From assembly GCF_009914755.1 (NCBI RefSeq), contig NC_060941.1: a DNA stretch of 64,000 nucleotides, one strand, 5' to 3'. Source of the stretch: the human T2T-CHM13v2.0 reference genome, Homo sapiens. Made by a program: the position numbers and the translations under genes. The number at the start of each line of letters is the position of its first letter. Positions within the stretch are counted from its first letter, which is position 1. Below are positions 44,801-64,000 of this stretch, one piece after another. The notes beneath the pieces are model-generated. The model saw nothing but the letters and a program-made list of their open reading frames with translations. It searched no databases and was not told where the DNA came from.

Positions 44801-47800
44801 TGACAAACGCATAGCAAGAACACATCCACTCCAGAGGTGTTTATTTTTTATTTTTATTTAAAAAGGGGTACTTTTCGACATTTATTTTTAAGAAGTGGGT
44901 GCTGTTATTTTTGTCCCTACGCGGGCAAGCCTCCATTTTAAGCGAAGCAGTAACTGGTTAAGCTGGAATTGTATACAGGCCCAGGACTTGAACGAGGATC
45001 CTACCAGAGGTCATTTAGTCCATCCTCCTGCCTCCAGGCAAATTTACCTTCCTCCCACCCTCAAAATTAAGTTGCTCGGTCTGCTTTTAACGATCTCTGG
45101 GGAAGAAGGGTCCTTTATTTGTTTCTAGTACTTCAGTCAAGAATAGGTTTTACTTTTCATGTGGAATTGACTCTGAAACTTAAGCATAATCTTGGGACAG
45201 TCGGGATGATTAGAGAAGTTTTACTTTACTAAATATAATTAAATGTGGCAAGGGTCTTTTTTAGACGGTTAATTAACAAATCACGTTTAGTGTTTATGAA
45301 GTACCCTGGAAAATTACTTTATTCTCTCTGGGATTTTGGCTAATTGTTTGATAAGCAATTTTACATTATCTAAAATACGTGTTACATATTTATTTCTCTT
45401 TTTATGTAAAGTATGTTTCTACACACATATATATGGAGACACACATTTGCCCTTTTCTAAAGGGGACTGTATTTTCTATACTTTTTTAGTGCGATGAGGC
45501 AAATAGTACTTCAAAATCCCTGCCCAGGTAGCTTAAACTATTTGCATTGTCTTGATTATTTTTTAGTCTAAATGAAAATCCTCTCTTTCAGATACCTTCT
45601 CGAAACAAAAGATTTTCCTACCTGCTTATACTTGGTAACCGAGGGAATTTCTAAGACTTCTTGCTCATTTCTGAGTATTGTCTTTATATCCTGACACTAT
45701 GAATGCTACTTGGATGCCTCTTAAGGTAAGATGTGTTATTTTTTCATTACCAGCCTCATTTTATTCATTTTTCTTTAGAATTGGGAATATTGTAGTTTTT
45801 GAATTTGCTATTCTTCACTTCCTTTACCTGCCATTTCTCTTGCCTCTTGTGTTTGCTTCCTAGGATTGATTGGCTATATCTTACTTTGTATCTCTACTGT
45901 TCTTTGATTATCGGTGTGAATGTTTTAATGAAGTTCTCAAATTAACTTCCATTATAATGAAAGGCAGTGATCTTTTTAACTTTAAATTATGGCAACTTAC
46001 ATAGTTGTAAAATTATGTTCCGGTCTTAGGATGGGTTGGCAATTCAAACATCTAGGTCCACTTTTCAAACAGGTACTTTAGAGTCATAGGTACTAGGGTG
46101 TGTCCCACTCTTGCAAATCAGTAGCTGATTCACGTGTTACAAAAGATGTGTCATTAACCATTTGTTTACTCTGAAACTTCATATAGTATATTAGGGCATT
46201 CTAAGACCTGCTGGTTTACACGTATGACTCTTTCAGAGTCCTCCTGCTGCACCCCAGTCCTTTGTGTGACATTTCATACTATTTTTCTCAGCAGGTAGCA
46301 CTTACACCAAGTTTTATTTCACAGGGTAAACCTCATTTGGACAGTGTGGACAGATGACCTTTAGATGAAAAAGCTCCCATTGATGTGGTTCTCCAGTCTC
46401 TTTGGCTCCTCTAATCTCTTGTACATAGATGGCCAAAGAACTCTCCATTAGGACTAAGCAAAGGGCAGAGCTTAAGACTTAAGTAGGTGGCTTCTTTGAT
46501 TTTCTTGTGACTAAAAATACATTAAAAAATAAAATTAAATAAAAACAAACAGAAAAGACGTAAGGAGGGGATGGGAGGAAGGACAGAGAAGGATAAGGAG
46601 TCTTGGAAACCCTCCACCAGCTTCGCCTTTCTTCAGAGTTGGATACTAGCTTAGTTAAGATTGTTGGGTGCTAATCTGCTCTGTGGACTTCCAGATTGAT
46701 GCAGAGGAGAAATCAGACAATAGTGCAGTGTGTGTAACCTATATATCTGGACTTGTGGGAAATCTTAGGTCATGTAGGCTGAGTTCTCATCTTCATTTAT
46801 GTTTCAGCTGCTATTGCTGGATAAGAGTGCTTATATTAATATACAGGAAGCCAAAGTGACACAGTTTTTCCAGCATTCTCCCTGTAGAGTTGGAGGGGTT
46901 GCATGGGGAATGCAACCAGAAGTTCTGAACCCGTTAAGAATCAGAGGACCTGTGTAAGAGTGTTTCGACTTAGCAAGTGTTGAGCACCAGTGTTGGTGGC
47001 CTCTGTCCTCTTTAGGAAGCAGGCAAGGGGATTGAGATCAATACATTGGATTTCATTTTATAGTTTCCTAGGTTTTAACGAATGTATTTGGTACACAAAG
47101 CCCTACTTTTAAAGCTATTTCCAGTGTTTAAGGTTTTACCTCTAAATCTCTCTGAACCTGGGTTGTAATACAGTAACCTCAGAAGTTCTACTAGAGGTCT
47201 CTGGCATGGCAGGAATAGAGAAAGGAAATCAGCTCCATATCGTGAGTTACCACCTGTTACTACTTAAGAATGCAGTTAGGTGGTTGCCTTAATATTATGT
47301 TCCTTACCAATCCTTTGCTCAGTGGGAAACATCTTCTAAGTGTAAACCAATTTTTGGGGGTAATGTTTTCTTCCTATTTTTATTACTTAGAAACCTTAAA
47401 AATTACAGTGTTCGTCTGGTCAGAAAAAAAGGTCCTTTTTGCGGGGAGGATAGCATTGAGTTTGTGGGCTGGAAAATAGAAGTGGGGAGAGGGAACTTTA
47501 TTCTCTTTTTCATTGGTGAATATCCTTAAAACATTTCTAAGATGTAGTTTCAGATTGGAGCTACTTAATTTAAGTAAAAAGAAATGATAGGTTAATTAAA
47601 GTGCATATTTTGGAGCCCAAATGTTTATTTTATATAGATCTTATATTTTGTTTCCAATTATCTTATTGTAGAATGAACTCTGTCGTTCTGTCAGGCATTG
47701 CGTAAATGTTAGACTGAGTATGTGCTTGTTTCCATGCGTATAGAAAATAGCGTCACACTCACTCAGTCTTCACAAATGAAAATGCCAGAGGAGGCAAGTA

Positions 47801-48405
47801 ACAAGGAAGAATAACTCCAAACCAAAACTCCTCAATTTAAGGCACTCTCGTTAATTAGAAGTTCTCATGGAAATTATTATTTATCCCTTTTTCTCTGTGT
47901 TAGGGGTCTGTACCTTTTTAAAGCCTGAATATTTCTAGCCACGACTAAGCAATGTCAGTGATGTTACTAGGGTCTAGTTGTCAGGGTTAGGGCTAAGGAG
48001 TGGGTGAGATGGGAGAGGAATAGGGAAAGGAAGGAGAATTGAGTGAGTTGGAGAAAAGAGTGAAATGAAGATGAGGAGGAGAGAAAAGATACAGGGTCTT
48101 TAGTGTGTAGCATGGAGCCATCATCAGTTGTCTCAGGTAGTTCTTAGGGCTGCTGGATGCCTTGTGTGCTAGACTGAACTATGGTGAAATGAAGTAAAAA
48201 CTGTTCTTGACAAGCAAAACGAGAGAATTAAAACATAATTTAATATGATATAGAAAGATCTGCAAGGCAGACAGTTAAGTGATGAAAGCAAGATGCAGAA
48301 CAGTATGTATGATTTGATACCCTTTGTGTTTTTTGGGAAAAAAAAACAGGAGAAAAAGATAATTTGCATTGGTGTATGTATGCAAAAAAACAAAAAAGAT
48401 ATTTA

Positions 48406-51480
<3,075 letters not shown>

Positions 51481-51505
51481 CCCCATCCTCCCGTATACTC
51501 TAAAT

Positions 51506-52052
51506 CAGTGGTCCCCAACCTTTTTGGCACCAGGGACTAGTTTCGTGAAATATAATTTTTCCACAGAGCCGGGGGCCGGAGAGGGGGATCAGGGATAGTT
51601 TTGGGATGATTCAGCACATTGCATTTACTGTGCACTTTATTTCTATTATTATTACGTTATAATATATAATGAAGTAATTATACAAACTCACTGTAATGTA
51701 GAATCAGTGGGAGCCTGAGCTTGTTTTGCTGCAACTAGATGGTTCCATCTGGGGGTGATGGGAGACAGTGACAGATCATCAGGCATTAGATTCTCATAGG
51801 AGCACGCAGTGTAGATCCCTCACGTGCAGTTCACAATAGGGTTCACCCTCCTATGAGAATCTAATGCTGCAGCTGATCTGACAGGAGGTGGAGCTCAGTT
51901 GGTAATGTGAGCCATGGGAATGGGACGCGGCTGTAAATACCGATGAGGCTTCTCTCACTCACCTGCTGCTCACCTCCTGCTGTGCAGCCCCATTCCTAAC
52001 AGGCCCAGTTCTTAAGAGTACTGGTCTGTGCCCCAAGGGTTGGGGACCCCTG
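51506..52052 (+). mobile_element. MER1A-like hAT MITE inserted in a MER2 remnant (to ~52265)
   Basis: TIRs CAGTGGTCCCCAACC / GGTTGGGGACCCCTG; 8-bp TSD CTCTAAAT/CTTTAAAT. Confidence 0.9.
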
Positions 52053-52327
52053 CTTTAAATCACCTCTAGATTAGTTATAATGCTGAATACAACATAAATG
52101 CTGTATAAATAGTTGTGAAACGCTATTGTTCATGGAATAATGACAAGAAAAAAGTCTGTACATGTTCAGCACAGATGTAGTTTTTTTTTTTTTCCTGAAT
52201 AATTTCTATCTGTGGTTGGTTGAATCCATGGATATGGAACCCATGGATGTGGAGGGCCAATTCTATAGTAACAAGTCACTGTCTCATTCCTGTCCCTTAA
52301 CCATTCGGTTCCCCTCGCATAGACAAC

Positions 52328-54447
<2,120 letters not shown>

Positions 54448-54682
54448 GACAGATTGTTGTTATCATTAATGTCACATGAACTACTGCCAAAGGCGTCTCC
54501 CCTTCTTGTGCTTGGAGGGTGTGTTGGATGCCACCTGTGCCCCTCCCTGGAGATGCTTTTGGCCCCACAGCTTCCTCCAGCCAATGTAGCAGTGACTGGG
54601 TCTGTGCAGGTTTTGGTCACCTTCACTCAGGTGTGATGGGGTGGTGCCTTTCTTTGGCCTGCCCCAGGTATCTTTTACTTTT

Positions 54683-55742
<1,060 letters not shown>

Positions 55743-56153
55743 AGATGCCCATAGGAATCTCTTGGTGTTCATACCAATGTGACCCAGAAGTATGGGTGGC
55801 CTAACACCTGTTGAGTTGTTCTTGAGCAACAGGGAATGGGTACTGAAGGATACTTGTTTCCTCTTTTGTCCTCTGGGTGGACAGTTCTGACAGGCATTTG
55901 ATATGGCTTCTTAGAATGTCCAACAACGGTGAGCAGTGGTCCCATAGTGGGGGCCCAGCTTGATAACTCGTCCTTCTATTGTCTGTCCCTCCTGCCCTGT
56001 TTTACTCCCTCAGCCCCTCATTCCTGATCTCTGGGATCACTTCCCAAAGAACGTACCTGCACTTAAGCTTTTGTCTCAAGTTTTGCTTTAGAGGGCTAGC
56101 CCTAGAATGCTTTTATTATACTAAACTTTACATGTTTTAAAAAACAATGTTTT

Positions 56154-59251
<3,098 letters not shown>

Positions 59252-59254
59252 TAA

Positions 59255-59900
59255 TGCTGATTTATTCAAATTTAGTTTGAGCTTATTCTGTGCCAAGCAC
59301 ATTTCAAGGCACTTGGGATACATCAGAGGACGAGATAGACCAAGATTCCTGCCCTTGTAAAGCTTGCATTCTAGTTAGGGGAGACAGATAGATAGTCAAT
59401 AATAAATATACTTAAATAAGTAAATGTCGTGATATAGTAATGTATGGTGAGTGCCATATTGAAAAGATGGAACAGACCACTTCGTTGAGGTCTCCGGTCC
59501 AGGAGGCTTTGTGGACCATAAGGACTCTGACTCGTATCCTGAGAGAGGGGGAGCTGTTGCAGTTTTGATAGAAGAATGATTCAATCTGATTCACCGATGG
59601 CTGGGTTGAGAATAGGCTTCACGGGAGCAAGAGCAGAGAAGTAGGGAGGACAGTTAGGAAGTTATTTCAGTCATCCAGGTGAGAAGCGATGTGGTGTCAG
59701 ATCACGGCGACAGCTGTGGAGTTAGTAAGTGGTCAGATTCTGGATAAATTTTGATAGTGGAACCGTTAGGAGTTCCTGACAGATTGGCTGTGACATTGAG
59801 AGTAAAAAAGTAAGGATAATTTCAAGCTTTTTGGCCTGAGCAACTGGAAGGTTGGAGTTGCCATCAACAGAGAAGACTGTGGGTTTGGGCACGTTTAACA
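59255..59900 (-). mobile_element. L2 fragment
   Basis: ATTCCTGCCCTTGTAAAGCTTGCATTCTAG..TTTTTGGCCTGAGCAACTGGAAGGTTGGAGTTGCCAT. Confidence 0.8.
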
Positions 59901-59966
59901 GGGAAGAGCATATTTCGCTATATGGATACAACAGTATACATTGACTTTTGAATGTTCTTTTTCAAG

Positions 59967-60128
59967 GATCTCCCTAATACTATGAACGCGGCAGAGATAA
60001 CGGACAAGCTCGGCCTCCATTCCCTCCGCTACAGAAACTGGCACATTCAGGCTACTTGTGCCACTACTGGACATGGGCTTTACGAAGGCCTGAACTGGCT
60101 CGCCAACCAGTTCCAGAACCAGAACTGA
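59967..60128 (+). pseudogene. ARF2-type last coding exon
   Basis: TTTTTCAAG|[53 protein letters not shown]; completes NKQD (G4 motif) across the splice junction. Confidence 0.93.
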
Positions 60129-60564
60129 TCAGAAGGATCTATTCTTTGTGCCTTGTGGCCACATCAGCTAGCCTCTGCTGTGTGCACGTGTACGTGTGTG
60201 CTGGGAGTGGAGGCAGCTTTCTCACAGTGCCTTATCCATGCCATAAGAAAAGCAGTGTTACATTTTAAGAAACCCAGTGTTAAGTTTTAAACACCACCTT
60301 CCATTTCAGTAGCTTTGATGATCATTTTTGCAATTGATGGAGAAGTCCAGAGGGCTTGCTGGTGCTCGAAGGCCAGAGCGGGCTTCATGGAGGCGAGTTG
60401 GAGCGGGGACTGAGTTCAGCTGTTGCAATCCTGGTCTGGCGTCTGGAGTCCTGTTAGTCTTTGGCATCCTTTCGTAAAAAGGAAGGAATTGTCATTCTTT
60501 TTTTTTTAAAACCATATTTTTACTGTACCTTTTCATGTTTATTTATTTTTTATTAAAAAAATTT

Positions 60565-63878
<3,314 letters not shown>

Positions 63879-64000
63879 TAGCAGTCACTCCTCATTTCCC
63901 CTGTCCTCCGCAGCACTGGGCAACCACTAACCACTGACCTACTTCCTGTCTCTAGATCTGGTGGAGATGCTTTTTAAACTTTTTTTTACTACCCTGTGGT

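Noticed and set aside
43955-44825. 254-263 aa Pro/Arg-rich ORFs
   Set aside because: CpG-island artefacts with no recognisable homology

Overview
Human (primate) genomic DNA, very Alu-rich. From recalled gene content and order, not a database search, it is the 17q21.31 segmental-duplication/inversion region next to CRHR1. No complete spliced protein-coding gene is present. The window holds: (1) a duplicated BPTF 5' end on the minus strand (CpG promoter, decayed exon 1, intron 1); (2) a DND1 processed pseudogene (DND1P1) head-to-head with it; (3) a 5'-truncated, internally deleted MAPK8IP1/JIP1 retrocopy (MAPK8IP1P2) inside a pyrimidine microsatellite; (4) a full-length RPS26 retrocopy with an intact ORF (RPS26P8); (5) a CpG-island-driven spliced lncRNA locus (LINC02210/CRHR1-IT1) whose last two exons are the still-open C-terminal coding exons of an ARF2-type gene. 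The rest is Alu, L1, L2, MIR, LTR and DNA-transposon debris. Best leads: a microsatellite-derived polybasic leader fused in frame to the JIP1 JNK-binding domain; a 311-aa DND1-derived ORF with a strong Kozak context; a 91-aa ARF C-terminal ORF opened by a new ATG; a TSD-flanked tailless retrocopy of an unspliced pre-tRNA-Tyr; and fold-back/templated-insertion scars. I cannot demonstrate a new biological system from sequence alone, so these are testable hypotheses. Repeat family names and parental protein comparisons are from memory, and repeat boundaries are approximate.
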